From: a virus
IMG/VR virus record: IMGVR_UViG_3300017766_005733
Span: 1 to 64,000 of that record
Length of the DNA stretch: 64,000 nucleotides
Reading direction: 5' to 3' (one strand)
Position 1 is the first letter of the stretch, and every line of letters begins with the position of its first letter. The position numbers were made by a program, and so were the translations under genes. Below are positions 17,594 to 27,963 of this stretch, in pieces. A model generated the notes under the pieces. The model was given only the letters and a program-made list of their open reading frames with translations, did not search any database and was not told the origin of the DNA.

Positions 17594-18118
17594 TCAGGCA
17601 GCAGAGTCAGTAAACATGATCTCGTAGTCGTTGGATCCGACGGTCTGCGTGATCGACTGCAGGCTGAAGCCGCGGGCCTCACCGGCTCTGCAGGTCACGG
17701 GCTGGACGTTGACGTCGCCGTAGCCAGCGTTCCAGACCTCAGCGAAGGGCACCAGCGTACCCAGCGCATCCCAGTCGAGAGTAGACACCGTCGGTTCGTC
17801 GGGCGACTGCAAGAGGGCGCGGATGATGCTGCCGACGGTGATAGTGCGGTTGGTGCCGGCCGTGGTGTTGGCGTTGAGGGCCGTGTTGGTGGTGTCCATC
17901 GTCACCGGCGTGACGGCGGTGCCGGCCGTCGATGCCGTAATGATATTGCAGCGGAAGGTGTTGAGAACGCCAGTGACCGCTCCCGTACCGTTGTTGAAGG
18001 CGTAGGCACGGTAGACGCGGATAAAGCGCGTCGACGCCGAACCGTTGAAGACGTCGAGCATGTGCTTGTTGGCGGCAAAAGTCACTGCCTGAGATGCCGC
18101 CTGCCATGTATTTGCCAT
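17594..18118 (-). CDS. Putative virion protein, tandem paralog B
   Basis: 174 aa; about 75% identical by hand count to 18146..18670; AGGAG SD. Confidence 0.85.
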   Translation of the reverse strand: MANTWQAASQAVTFAANKHMLDVFNGSASTRFIRVYRAYAFNNGTGAVTGVLNTFRCNIITASTAGTAVTPVTMDTTNTALNANTTAGTNRTITVGSIIRALLQSPDEPTVSTLDWDALGTLVPFAEVWNAGYGDVNVQPVTCRAGEARGFSLQSITQTVGSNDYEIMFTDSAA

Positions 18119-18145
18119 GATCTTCTCCTAAAATCTAACAGTGAG

Positions 18146-18670
18146 TCAAGTCGCTGAATCCGTAAACATGATCTCGTAGTCGTTGACGCCAACGGTCTGG
18201 TTTAGCGACTGCAGGCTGAAGCCACGAGCCACGCCGGGTCTACAGGTCACTGGCTGAAGGTTGGCATCACCGTAGCCCACATTCCAGACCTCAGCGAAGG
18301 GCACCAGCGTAGCCAACGCATCCCAGTCTAGAGTAGACACCGTCGGTTCGTCGGGCGACTGCAGAAGTTGTCGGATGATGTTGGCGACAGTGACGTTACG
18401 ATTGGTGCCGACACTGGTGTTGGCGTTGAGGGCCGTGTTGCTGGTATCCATGGTAATCGGAGCGACAGCGGTCCCGACGGTGGCGGTCGAAGTGATATTA
18501 CAGCGGAGGTTGTTGAGAACGCCAGTCACCGCCGTCACGCCGTTGTTGAAGGCGTAGGCACGGTAGATGCGGATGACGCGCGTGGAGGCAGCAGCGTTGA
18601 AGACATCTAACATGTGCTTGCCGGGGGTGATCGCCAAGCTCTGACCCGCTGCCTGCCATGTGTTGGCCAT
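18146..18670 (-). CDS. Putative virion protein, tandem paralog A
   Basis: 174 aa; colinear with paralog B without gaps; GGAG SD. Confidence 0.85.
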   Translation of the reverse strand: MANTWQAAGQSLAITPGKHMLDVFNAAASTRVIRIYRAYAFNNGVTAVTGVLNNLRCNITSTATVGTAVAPITMDTSNTALNANTSVGTNRNVTVANIIRQLLQSPDEPTVSTLDWDALATLVPFAEVWNVGYGDANLQPVTCRPGVARGFSLQSLNQTVGVNDYEIMFTDSAT

Positions 18671-18691
18671 AGCCTACTCCCGCCTTGATCT

Positions 18692-19009
18692 TCAGGTAAA
18701 AATGGTGCGATCCGGGTTCATCTTCTCAGTGCTCTGGAACATGACCTGATCACCCTTACCGGTCAGGTGCTGAACGACACGCCCCTCCTGAAGGGCCTTG
18801 AGGGCCGTGCCGATGCGCTCCTTGCGGTCACCGGGGGCGGCAGAGTGCCAGCGATCAAGATTGATCTTGTAGATGTAATCCGTCACGCCCTTCATCGTCG
18901 CCTTGCTGAAGGCGGGGGTGCCGGCGGGCACCACCACCACCCAACGATCGTTCTCGTGGTCAAAAAACGTCTGAAGGGACTTGTTGGCTGCGCCATTACC
19001 GAGGATCAC
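18692..19009 (-). CDS. Hypothetical protein
   Basis: GTG at 19009 overlaps the TGA of the fibre gene (GTGA coupling), in frame with track ORF 18692..19261. Confidence 0.6.
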   Translation of the reverse strand: MILGNGAANKSLQTFFDHENDRWVVVVPAGTPAFSKATMKGVTDYIYKINLDRWHSAAPGDRKERIGTALKALQEGRVVQHLTGKGDQVMFQSTEKMNPDRTIFT

Positions 19010-22000
19010 GTCAACACCTCCAACTCCAGCGTCACCTTGGTGACGGTGGCCGCCGAGTCGACCTTGAAGGCGATGACATCGCCCGCAGTCACCGTCGTCG
19101 TCCAGCCCGTCAAGACGCTGCTCTCTGCACTGATAGCAGACGACAGGGTGGGCTTGGCAGAGCCGGTGATGGTGTCGGCGACCGTCGGCGGGTAGTTGGC
19201 GAAGGTATCCTTCCAAACGTCGATGACGATCGAACCCACCTGATCCGCCAGCAGCGTCCACTTGGTGACGACGCCGTTGAGGCCCGTGGGGATGCGGATA
19301 TACTGCTTGACGCCGGTGCTGATTGCCGAGCCCGCTCCGTCAATCACCAGACCCACAACCCGGCGGACGCCCGACAGCTTGTACTCTTGGCCGGTGTCGT
19401 CCATGAAATACAGCTGGGCATCGGCGGTCTTCGCGTAGACCTTGCCGTAGTTGGCGGTGGCCGTCGGCGCCGTCGTCTCCCTGAGGCTGAGGCGGCCTTC
19501 GACCGTCGCCCTCTCGTTGGCCGTCGCCACACCCACCGCCAGATCGAGGGTGGTGGCGATGACGGCCGTCGAGATCGAAAGCCGTTCAGTGGCAGCTGTC
19601 GAGAAGGCCAGCGTATCGGCGGCTGGCCGATACATACCCATATCATTGGAGCCGGCGCCGACACTGCCATGGAAGGCGTAGGCTGGGGCAGCGGCGGTGT
19701 TGTTGGCGTTGGGGCGAATAAGGACGCCGCCAAAGTTATTGGCGTTGATGCCGGCGTTGCCGATGACGAAAACACGAAGGCCGTTGGAGGTGACGCCGAT
19801 GTCGCCACTGGAGCCGTTCCAGTAGAAGCCGGTGTCCGTGTCACTGGTGAAGTTGATTGACGGAGCCGCGGCGCTTCCATCAGCAAACGTACCGCTGACC
19901 GTCGGCGCCGCCCAAGTGCCGTCGGCTCTCAGGAAGTTGGCGGTGCCACCGCCCGAGGCAGGCGCCAACCCCTTCAGCGTGCTGCTGAAGACATCAAGAA
20001 GGGCCGTCGCCTGTGTACCAGTAAGGTCCTCAGGGCTGCCGGTACCAGCCGTCGTCCTGCCCTTGAAAGTAGCCGTGGCGACGTTGGCCAACTTGGCGTT
20101 GGTGACGACAGTCGCATCGATGGTCCAAACAGTGCCGGTACCAGAAACCGTGATGTCGCCCTTGTCGCCATCCGTGACGCCACCGCCACTACCCGGAGGC
20201 GCTGCCCAAGTGCCGTCGGCTCTCAGGAAGTTGGTGGTTCCGCCGCCCGAGGCCGGCGCCAACCCCTTGAGGGTGCTGGTGAAGGCATCAAGGAGCGCAG
20301 TCGCCTGCGTACCAGTAAGGTCTTCGGGGCTGCCAGTGCCTGCAGTTGTCCTGCCCTTGATGGTGGCAGTGGCGACGTTCGCCAACTTGCTGTTGCTGAC
20401 GACGCCAGCCGCGATCGTGGTGGCAAAGGATCCGGTGCCGCTACCCGTGACGTCACTGGTCAGCGTGATCGTCTGGTCACCGGTGTTGGTGCCAGAGAGG
20501 TTGGTGGCGGAAACAGGGACAGCAAATGTAGCCGCCGTCGTCGTAATCCGAAGGCGCTCGATGCCGTTGGTTGAAAAGGCGATTTGATCCGCAACGTCGC
20601 GGAAAATGCCCGTGTTTGTGTCACCGATAAAAGAGAAAGCGGGGCTGCTTGCCGTGCCTGCCGCCACAAGCGCCTGCGAAAGTCCATTCAGCTGAAGGAT
20701 GTCGCCGGTGCCGTTGGTAACGCGCAGGGCATACAGATCAACAGTTGCAGCGATCGGCGTGCTGATGAGCACCGATGTGTGGCCGGCGGTGGTGACGCCG
20801 GCGCCCGTAATCGTGATGCCGTTATCCGTCGTCGTCGCGGCGCCAGAAGACACGAAGATGCTGCGGCTGCCGGCGTTGGAGGCCGCCGAGAGCCAGAGAT
20901 CAACGGCCGACGGCGTCGTCAGGGTCGGCGCAGAAGCCGAAGGCGTCGTCTTGTTGATCGTCAGCGTGTTGGTCAGCGGACCATTGCTGGTATCCAGCTT
21001 CAGGTACAAAAGATCCGCTGCCGCCTGAGAGAACGTCCCCGGCGGCGTCGCCCAAGTACCGTCAGCCCGCAGGTAGTTGGCGGTGCCGCCACCCGAAGCC
21101 GGAGCCAAGCCCTTCAGGGTGCTGGTGAAGGCATCGAGGAGTGCGGTGGCCTGAGCCGTCGTCAGGTCCTCAGGGCTGCCGGTGCCCGCAGTCGTCCTAC
21201 CCTTGAAGGTGGCGGTGGCGACGTTGGCCAACTTGCTGTTGCTGACGACGCCAGCGGCGATAGTGGTGGCGAAGGAGCCAGTACCCGAACCAGTGACATC
21301 GCTTGTCAGCGTGATCGTCTGGTCGCCGGTGTTGGTGCCCGAGAGATTGCTGGCGGAGATCGAGACAGCGAAGGTCGCCGCGCTTCCCGTCAACAGCAGG
21401 GACTGAACGCCGGCGTTGGCGAAGCCGATCTGATCGGCGGCGGGGCGATAGAGGCCCGTGCCGACGCTGTTGATGAAGGAGATCGAGGGATTGGCTACCA
21501 CGCCATCGGCAACAAGGGTCTGCGAAAGACCATTCAGGCGGATGATGTCGCCGGTGGCGTTCGTGACGCGGAAGGCGTAGCGGTCGGCGGCCGTCGAAAC
21601 CGTCGTTGAAACGAGAACGGACGTGCGGCCGGTCGTCGCCGCCGGCGAGCCAAAGATGGTGACGCCGTTGTCGGCGGAGGTGGCGGTGGACGAAGAGATA
21701 AAGAGACCGCGGCCGCCGGCACCCGAGGCCGCAGAGAGATAGAAGTCGACAGCCGAGGGCGTCGTCAGCGTCGGCGCTGCGATCGAAGGCGTCGCCTTGT
21801 TGATCGACAGCGTGTTTGTCAGCGGGCCGTTGCTGGTGTCCAGCTTCAGGTACAGGAGGTCGGCGGCGGCTTGAGTGAAGGAGCCGGGAGGCGCCGCCCA
21901 AGTGCCGTCAGCCCTCAGGTAGTTGGCAGTACCGCCACCCGAGGCCGGAGCCAAACCCTTGAGGGTGCTGGTGAAGGCATCGAGGAGCGCAGTCGCCTGC

Positions 22001-23625
22001 GTCCCCGTGAGGTCTTCGGGGCTTCCAGTGCCGGCAGTCGTCCTGCCTTTGAAGGTAGCTGTGGCGACGTCAGCCAACTTGCTGTTGCTGACGACAGCGG
22101 CGTCGATGGTCCAAGTGGCGCCACTGGCAGAAACCGTGATGTCGCCCTTGTCGCCGTCCGTCAGGCCGGCGCCGGGAGGCGCTGCCCAAGTGCCGTCAGC
22201 CCGCAGGTAGTTGGCGGTGCCACCGCCCGAAGCCGGCGCCAAACCCTTCAGCGTGCTGCTGAAGACGTCAAGCAACGCTGTCGCTTGAGCCGTCGTCAGG
22301 TCTTCAGGGCTACCCGTACCCGCGGTCGTCCTGCCCTTGAAGGTGGCGGTGGCGACGTTAGCCAACTTGCTGTTGCTGACGACAGCAGCGTCAATGGTCC
22401 AAGAGGTGCCGGAAGAGGCGACGGTGATGTCGCCCTTGTCGCCGTCCGTCAGCGGAATGATGTTGTCGAGGGTGTCAAGCGCCGACTGAACCGTGGTGTT
22501 GGCGGCAGACAGGATGTTGTTGAAGTTCGTCGTCGAGGTAAAGATCGCCGACGCCGGGTGATCGGGATTGGTGAGGCCCGAGAGGTTGGCGTGGCTCGTC
22601 ACCGAGCCCAGAGGCAGATTGATCGTGGTACGAAAATCGACGTAGTTGTCGCCGGTGTCCGTAGTACGGATACGAGCCTTGGGGACGTTCCCGTAGCCAG
22701 CCGACGTCTGAAAAATGACAGAGCCGATGGGGATGAACTCAGAAAACGGCAAGCCCGAGGCCGTGGCGATTTCCGTGCTGGCTCCCGCACGCGCGTCGTT
22801 GAGGTTCAGATACTCGGTAATGCCCTGAACGCCGACGATGGGGCTGTTCTTGTCGTTGGTCGCAAAGTAGTGGACCAAGACAAAGTTGAGGTTGCCGACT
22901 TCCGTCAGCACCCAGTTGACACCGAGGTCCTGATTGTAGGGCAGCCGTCCATTGGCACCCGTGTATCCCGCGGTTCCGCTGTAGATAACGGGATAGGTGT
23001 CGGCGGCTTTTCGGCGCCACGTTCCAGAACTGTTGCGGTAGTAGATCGGAATCTGCGCCGTCGGCGCAAGCGTCTGCGGGGATCCATTGGTGGCCGTGTT
23101 CCTGATGTCTTCGTCGTAAAACGAACCATCGGCGCACGACAACTGGGCGTTCGTGGCGAGATTTCCCGTACCGTTGATGTCAAAGTCGTCGAGAGCAAGG
23201 CCCGAGAGATAGACAGCGCCGACGCTGTTGTGCAGGTACGAGTGAGTGACACCGTCCATCGTCAGGCCGTGGCGCTCCTCGCCGAAGTAGATGGCCTGCA
23301 GGTTGGTGCTGTCCCAATACACCAAAGAGACGTAGGCGTACTGGGTGATGATCTCAGGGACGAAGACGTTGGTCGACTGAAGAACGCCGGAGGCGTCAAA
23401 GTAGAAGTACCAGAGCCCCTCGGTGTTGGTGATGGTGGCGGTCTGGGTGGTGCTCTTGATGTAGCGAACGCCAGCCACAAAGAAATCGAAGGTCGCGCCG
23501 ACGGGAGCGATGGAGAACGTACGAGTGCCGTTGTCGAACGAGATCGTGCTGTCGGTCTGGTTCGGGAAGCCCGTGGGCTCCTTCGACATCCGATACTGCT
23601 CTCTGATGAGGGGTGTGTAGGTCAT
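19006..23625 (-). CDS. Long tail-fibre-like protein 2 (1539 aa)
   Basis: T/A/G/S-rich; five copies of the KLANVATATFKGRTTAGTGSPEDL...LRADGTW module; ADG...PSI.F..DTDTG.Y fibre motifs. Confidence 0.85.
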   Translation of the reverse strand: MTYTPLIREQYRMSKEPTGFPNQTDSTISFDNGTRTFSIAPVGATFDFFVAGVRYIKSTTQTATITNTEGLWYFYFDASGVLQSTNVFVPEIITQYAYVSLVYWDSTNLQAIYFGEERHGLTMDGVTHSYLHNSVGAVYLSGLALDDFDINGTGNLATNAQLSCADGSFYDEDIRNTATNGSPQTLAPTAQIPIYYRNSSGTWRRKAADTYPVIYSGTAGYTGANGRLPYNQDLGVNWVLTEVGNLNFVLVHYFATNDKNSPIVGVQGITEYLNLNDARAGASTEIATASGLPFSEFIPIGSVIFQTSAGYGNVPKARIRTTDTGDNYVDFRTTINLPLGSVTSHANLSGLTNPDHPASAIFTSTTNFNNILSAANTTVQSALDTLDNIIPLTDGDKGDITVASSGTSWTIDAAVVSNSKLANVATATFKGRTTAGTGSPEDLTTAQATALLDVFSSTLKGLAPASGGGTANYLRADGTWAAPPGAGLTDGDKGDITVSASGATWTIDAAVVSNSKLADVATATFKGRTTAGTGSPEDLTGTQATALLDAFTSTLKGLAPASGGGTANYLRADGTWAAPPGSFTQAAADLLYLKLDTSNGPLTNTLSINKATPSIAAPTLTTPSAVDFYLSAASGAGGRGLFISSSTATSADNGVTIFGSPAATTGRTSVLVSTTVSTAADRYAFRVTNATGDIIRLNGLSQTLVADGVVANPSISFINSVGTGLYRPAADQIGFANAGVQSLLLTGSAATFAVSISASNLSGTNTGDQTITLTSDVTGSGTGSFATTIAAGVVSNSKLANVATATFKGRTTAGTGSPEDLTTAQATALLDAFTSTLKGLAPASGGGTANYLRADGTWATPPGTFSQAAADLLYLKLDTSNGPLTNTLTINKTTPSASAPTLTTPSAVDLWLSAASNAGSRSIFVSSGAATTTDNGITITGAGVTTAGHTSVLISTPIAATVDLYALRVTNGTGDILQLNGLSQALVAAGTASSPAFSFIGDTNTGIFRDVADQIAFSTNGIERLRITTTAATFAVPVSATNLSGTNTGDQTITLTSDVTGSGTGSFATTIAAGVVSNSKLANVATATIKGRTTAGTGSPEDLTGTQATALLDAFTSTLKGLAPASGGGTTNFLRADGTWAAPPGSGGGVTDGDKGDITVSGTGTVWTIDATVVTNAKLANVATATFKGRTTAGTGSPEDLTGTQATALLDVFSSTLKGLAPASGGGTANFLRADGTWAAPTVSGTFADGSAAAPSINFTSDTDTGFYWNGSSGDIGVTSNGLRVFVIGNAGINANNFGGVLIRPNANNTAAAPAYAFHGSVGAGSNDMGMYRPAADTLAFSTAATERLSISTAVIATTLDLAVGVATANERATVEGRLSLRETTAPTATANYGKVYAKTADAQLYFMDDTGQEYKLSGVRRVVGLVIDGAGSAISTGVKQYIRIPTGLNGVVTKWTLLADQVGSIVIDVWKDTFANYPPTVADTITGSAKPTLSSAISAESSVLTGWTTTVTAGDVIAFKVDSAATVTKVTLELEVLT

Positions 23626-26600
23626 CGCTCAGGCTCCCGATCAGATGATCCAGTAGACGCTGCCATCGGACTGCACACGCACGGCTTCGTACTGCGAGTA
23701 TAGCACATAGTTGGTTGTGCCGTCGATGGTACCGGCGATCGTCACTGTATTGGAAGAAGTGTCGACCTTTTTCACCGTAAAATGATACTCAGTCGCCGAT
23801 GCAGCAGAGGGCAGGGTGATGGTCACGGGGCCCGAGGCGGCGTTGACGATGATAGTGCCATCGGCCGTCGTGATGGTGTAGTTGGCGGTCTTGGTAGAGA
23901 TTGGGGTTTTGAGGGCCTGAGGAACAATCCAGCTGCCATCAGCCCTCAGGAAGTTGGCGGTGCCGCCGCCTGAAGCCGGCGCCAAACCCTTTAGCGTGCT
24001 GCTGAAGACATCAAGGAGTGCAGTCGCCTGCGTACCAGTCAGATCCTCGGGGCTACCGCTGCCCGCAGTCGTCCTGCCCTTGATGGTGGCAGTGGCGACG
24101 TTGGCCAACTTGCTGTTGCTGACGACGCCAGCGGCAATGGTGGTGGCAAAGGAGCCAGTGCCGCTACCCGTGACGTCACTCGTCAACGTGATCGTCTGGT
24201 CACCGGTATTGGTGCCCGAGAGGTTGTTGGCGGAAAGGGAAACGGCGAAGGCGGCGGCGGTCGTCGAGATCGACAAGCGGCTCGTGCCGCCAGTGGAGAT
24301 GTTGACGTTGTCGGCGCCAGAACTAAAGATGCCGGTGTTGGTGTCGCCGGTGAAAAAGATGGATGGAGCAGCGGCAGTGCCGAGGGCAAATCCGCTCGTG
24401 GCCACATCCGGAGGCGCCGCCCAAGTGCCATCAGCCCTCAAGAAGTTGGCGGTGCCGCCTCCCGAGGAAGGAGCCAGACCCTTGAGGGTGCTGCTGAAGA
24501 CATCAAGCAGAGCCGTCGCCTGCGTACCAGTGAGGTCTTCGGGGCTACCGGTGCCAGCAGTCGTCCTGCCCTTGATGGTGGCAGTGGCGACGTTCGCCAA
24601 CTTGGCATTGCTGACGACACCAGCGGCAATGGTAGTGGCAAAGGAGCCGGTACCGGAGCCCGTGACGTCGCTCGTCAGCGTGATCGTCTGATCACCAGTG
24701 TTGGTACCAGAGAGGTTGCTGGCCGTGATCGTGGAGGTGGCCGTGACTGCGCCGCCATCAGCGATCGTGAATACGGGAGTGCCGTTGTCACGGGCAATGA
24801 AGATGGGGTCTGGCGCAGAGGTGTTGTCGGCGATCAGCGCCGCGTTGGTGAGCGTTGGCTCCGCGGGCAGGAACGTGGTGTTGATGGAGAAGAAGCCGCC
24901 GACCCGAACGCCACCCGATGCCCCGTTGTGGGCGCTGGTGGCGACGCCGACGTTGTAGCCGTTCGTCTGCGAGTTTGCGTTCTGTACAGAAATGAAGCCG
25001 AAGTTGCGCAGCGCATTCTGTGCCGTGGCATAGAAGCCGACGTTGTGTCCGGTTGCAGAGGCACCGTACGCCTGACCGCGAACTGCAATGTTGCCGAAAG
25101 TTTGTGCGAAAGACTGATTGCCGGTGCCAACGGATTCATTGTAGATGTTGGCGCCGATCGACGTCGCGGTACCCGTGTAGCCGCTACCGCTGATACCTGC
25201 AATGAGTCCTTCAATCTGCTGGCTGCCGCTGCCGGCGCCAGTGATGAACATGGTGACGCCACGCTGCGTAGCGGCTACCGAAGAGAGCGTGCCCGTGACA
25301 GCAAACGCAGGCACGGCGCTGGCGAGCGTACCCGCCTGCACATTCAGCTTTGCCGTGGGCGACGACGTACCAATACCCACGCGATCGGTAGACGCCTGCA
25401 GGAACAGGGCATTGAGGTCGGCGTCACCGGCGACACGGAAGTTATAGGCAAAGTCGCCATCGTTGAAGACGGCTTCCGTGTCCTTGATCAGCAGCCGCTG
25501 AACGCCAGCCGTCGCAATCGCCAGCTGATTGGTTGTCGGCCGATAAATGCCGGTGTCGGTGTCGGCGGCGAAGAAGATCGAGGGGCTGGTAACGCTACCA
25601 TCAGCAAAGCCAGTGGACGCGACATTGGGAGGCGTCGTCCACGTCAGGTTGCCGCTAGAATCGTTCGTCAACATCTGCCCAGCCACCGTCGCCTGTGACG
25701 ACGGGAAGCTGTAGGTGACGTTGTTGACCTTCGTCAGGTTGCCGGTGGCGTTGACTTGGAACTGGGACGTGGCGCCGACGCTGAGGGCAGAGGCAGGCGT
25801 CGCCGTGCCGATGCCGACCGCGTTCGCGCTCGCATCGACGAGCAGCATGTTCGCGTTGACGTCGCTCGCGACGCGGAAGTCGGTGATCGTGTCGCCAATC
25901 GGGTTGACGACGAACGCACCGCCCGCCTCAATCTCCGCACGAAGATTGATCGTCCCTTCGCTCGACGCATAGGTAGCCCAAGCCATCCTCCTGCCCGCAG
26001 AACCGCCCGCCGTGAACGCGATTCCGGTCGTGTTGAAAGACCCGACTCCCGCCCAAGAAGCAGCAGCCTGCCCGTTCCAAATGTTGCTCGCGTTGGTCGA
26101 ACCGTAGGCGTTGACGAACGTAGCCGCGCCGCTGTTGTTGGTGGCTTGCACCGAAGCCGCGCCAGATGCGTCGGTGTTCTCTACGCGAGAGGCCAGATCA
26201 CCTGCAACAGTTCCGCGAACATGCAGAGGCGTCGACGGCGTCGCCGTGCCCACGCCGACACGCCCGTTGGTCGTGTCCACGTCGAGGACGGTCGTGCCCG
26301 CCGCGTTCTGCACTTGGAACGCCGCCGTGCTGTCCAGCGTGTTCTTCGCGAGGACGACGCCGTTGTCGCCGATGCTGAACGTCGTGGCGCCATTGTCGCG
26401 GGCAAGAAAAATCGGAGCGCTCTTGTCGGCATTGTCTACAATCAATGCCGCGTCAGTGAGCGTGCCGATGGCATCGGTGTCGTACAGCGTGAACATGCCT
26501 GCGACACGCGCACCCGTTGCCCCGCCCGTATGCTGACCAGCCTTGCCGTAGACGCCAATCGCGTCAGTGGCTGCGCCGCCAGACGTGCGGGCGCTCGCCA

Positions 26601-27710
26601 TGCCGATGACGCCGATGTTCCTTGTCGACGAGTTAGACGAGTAACCGCTCGCTCCAATGTTGTAGCCGCCCGTGGCTCCCGCCGTGTAGTAAAACATGGC
26701 GTAGTTGGCTTGCAGATTGGATCCGAGGAGGTCAGTCGGCGACGTTCCCGTACCAATAGCGTGATTCTGCGTCCACAGCGACACCTGTCGCGTGTTGGTG
26801 GCAGTGCCCGCGCCATTATCGATCAAAAGCCGACCCGATGCTACTCCGGAAGCAACGTCGACGCCATCGGCGATGGTGACGACGCCCGCGCCACTGGATC
26901 CGCCCCCTCCGTTATCGAGTGCGAGGAAAATAGGGGCCGTGCTGGTTTGATTGTTGACGACGAGCGAGGCGCTCAGCGTCGCCGTGCCAATGCCCAATCG
27001 GTTGTTCGTGTCGTCCCAGAACAAGTTGCTGTTGTCTTGGGAATAGACGCCGCTGGCGCCCGCAAACACGACGCTACCCTGCGTGAACGCCGTCGACGTG
27101 CCCGTGCCGCCATTGGCGACACCAAGGGTGCCGCTGATGGAGGAGGCGGCCACCGTCGTCCAAGTGCCGTCGGCCCTCAGGTAGTTGCTGGTGCCGCCAC
27201 CAGACGCAGGCGCCAAGCCCTTCAGCGTGCTGCTGAAGACATCGAGAAGGGCGGTGGCTTGAGTGCCCGTCAGGTCTTCCGGAGAGCCAGAACCTGCAGT
27301 CGTGCGCCCCTTGAAGGTGGCGGTGGCAACATTGGCCAACTTACTGTTGGTGACGACAGCGGCATCAATAGTCCAAGTCGCACCACTACCGGAAACCGTG
27401 ATGTCGCCCTTGTCGCCATCGGTGACGCTCGTGTCGGGCGGCGTCGCCCAAGTGCCGTCTGCTCTCAGGTAGTTGCTGGTGCCACCACCCGAAGCCGGGG
27501 CCAAACCCTTCAGCGAAGTCGTGAAGACATCAAGCAGAGCAGTCGCCTGCGTACCCGTCAGATCCTCGGGGCTGCCGCTGCCTGCAGTCGTACGACCCTT
27601 GAAAGTTGAGGCCGCGACGTTCGCCAACTTGGCGTTGGTGACGACAGTCGCATCGATGGTCCAAACAGTGCCGGTACCAGAAACCGTGATGTCGCCCTTG
27701 TCACCGTCAG
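19905..27710 (-). repeat. Nine dispersed copies of an approximately 200-250 bp coding repeat shared by two fibre genes
   Basis: The GRTTAG(T/S)GSPEDLT core recurs near 20040, 20335, 21180, 22030, 22315, 24060, 24550, 27290 and 27580. Confidence 0.9.
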
Positions 27711-27963
27711 CCGCACCGCCACCGAAATCGATGGCCCAAGTCATCGGCGAGACAGACATCAGCTTGTAGACAAAGCCGTCGGCCTGCACGACGACGCGCA
27801 TGCCCACCTTCAGCTTGCCGCTGGGAATCGAGTCACGCTCAGTCGTCGTTGCAACGACCTGAAATCCGCCCCAGATGTCGGTGTCTTCGACGACGGGGAA
27901 CGTCAGGTTGTTCTTGGCCTTGATGGTGTTGGCGACCTCAACGGGCCCGAGGATTTGAGTCAC
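23641..27963 (-). CDS. Long tail-fibre-like protein 1 (1440 aa)
   Basis: GTG start coupled to the upstream stop; four copies of the shared module; RVGIGT..P repeats; C-terminal TKTANYT...ITLPSA domain. Confidence 0.85.
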   Translation of the reverse strand: MTQILGPVEVANTIKAKNNLTFPVVEDTDIWGGFQVVATTTERDSIPSGKLKVGMRVVVQADGFVYKLMSVSPMTWAIDFGGGAADGDKGDITVSGTGTVWTIDATVVTNAKLANVAASTFKGRTTAGSGSPEDLTGTQATALLDVFTTSLKGLAPASGGGTSNYLRADGTWATPPDTSVTDGDKGDITVSGSGATWTIDAAVVTNSKLANVATATFKGRTTAGSGSPEDLTGTQATALLDVFSSTLKGLAPASGGGTSNYLRADGTWTTVAASSISGTLGVANGGTGTSTAFTQGSVVFAGASGVYSQDNSNLFWDDTNNRLGIGTATLSASLVVNNQTSTAPIFLALDNGGGGSSGAGVVTIADGVDVASGVASGRLLIDNGAGTATNTRQVSLWTQNHAIGTGTSPTDLLGSNLQANYAMFYYTAGATGGYNIGASGYSSNSSTRNIGVIGMASARTSGGAATDAIGVYGKAGQHTGGATGARVAGMFTLYDTDAIGTLTDAALIVDNADKSAPIFLARDNGATTFSIGDNGVVLAKNTLDSTAAFQVQNAAGTTVLDVDTTNGRVGVGTATPSTPLHVRGTVAGDLASRVENTDASGAASVQATNNSGAATFVNAYGSTNASNIWNGQAAASWAGVGSFNTTGIAFTAGGSAGRRMAWATYASSEGTINLRAEIEAGGAFVVNPIGDTITDFRVASDVNANMLLVDASANAVGIGTATPASALSVGATSQFQVNATGNLTKVNNVTYSFPSSQATVAGQMLTNDSSGNLTWTTPPNVASTGFADGSVTSPSIFFAADTDTGIYRPTTNQLAIATAGVQRLLIKDTEAVFNDGDFAYNFRVAGDADLNALFLQASTDRVGIGTSSPTAKLNVQAGTLASAVPAFAVTGTLSSVAATQRGVTMFITGAGSGSQQIEGLIAGISGSGYTGTATSIGANIYNESVGTGNQSFAQTFGNIAVRGQAYGASATGHNVGFYATAQNALRNFGFISVQNANSQTNGYNVGVATSAHNGASGGVRVGGFFSINTTFLPAEPTLTNAALIADNTSAPDPIFIARDNGTPVFTIADGGAVTATSTITASNLSGTNTGDQTITLTSDVTGSGTGSFATTIAAGVVSNAKLANVATATIKGRTTAGTGSPEDLTGTQATALLDVFSSTLKGLAPSSGGGTANFLRADGTWAAPPDVATSGFALGTAAAPSIFFTGDTNTGIFSSGADNVNISTGGTSRLSISTTAAAFAVSLSANNLSGTNTGDQTITLTSDVTGSGTGSFATTIAAGVVSNSKLANVATATIKGRTTAGSGSPEDLTGTQATALLDVFSSTLKGLAPASGGGTANFLRADGSWIVPQALKTPISTKTANYTITTADGTIIVNAASGPVTITLPSAASATEYHFTVKKVDTSSNTVTIAGTIDGTTNYVLYSQYEAVRVQSDGSVYWII

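Noticed and set aside
19006-27963. Diversity-generating retroelement or invertible fibre cassette
   Set aside because: No reverse transcriptase or invertase in the window; the repeats are direct, in-frame and differ mostly at synonymous positions rather than at adenines.
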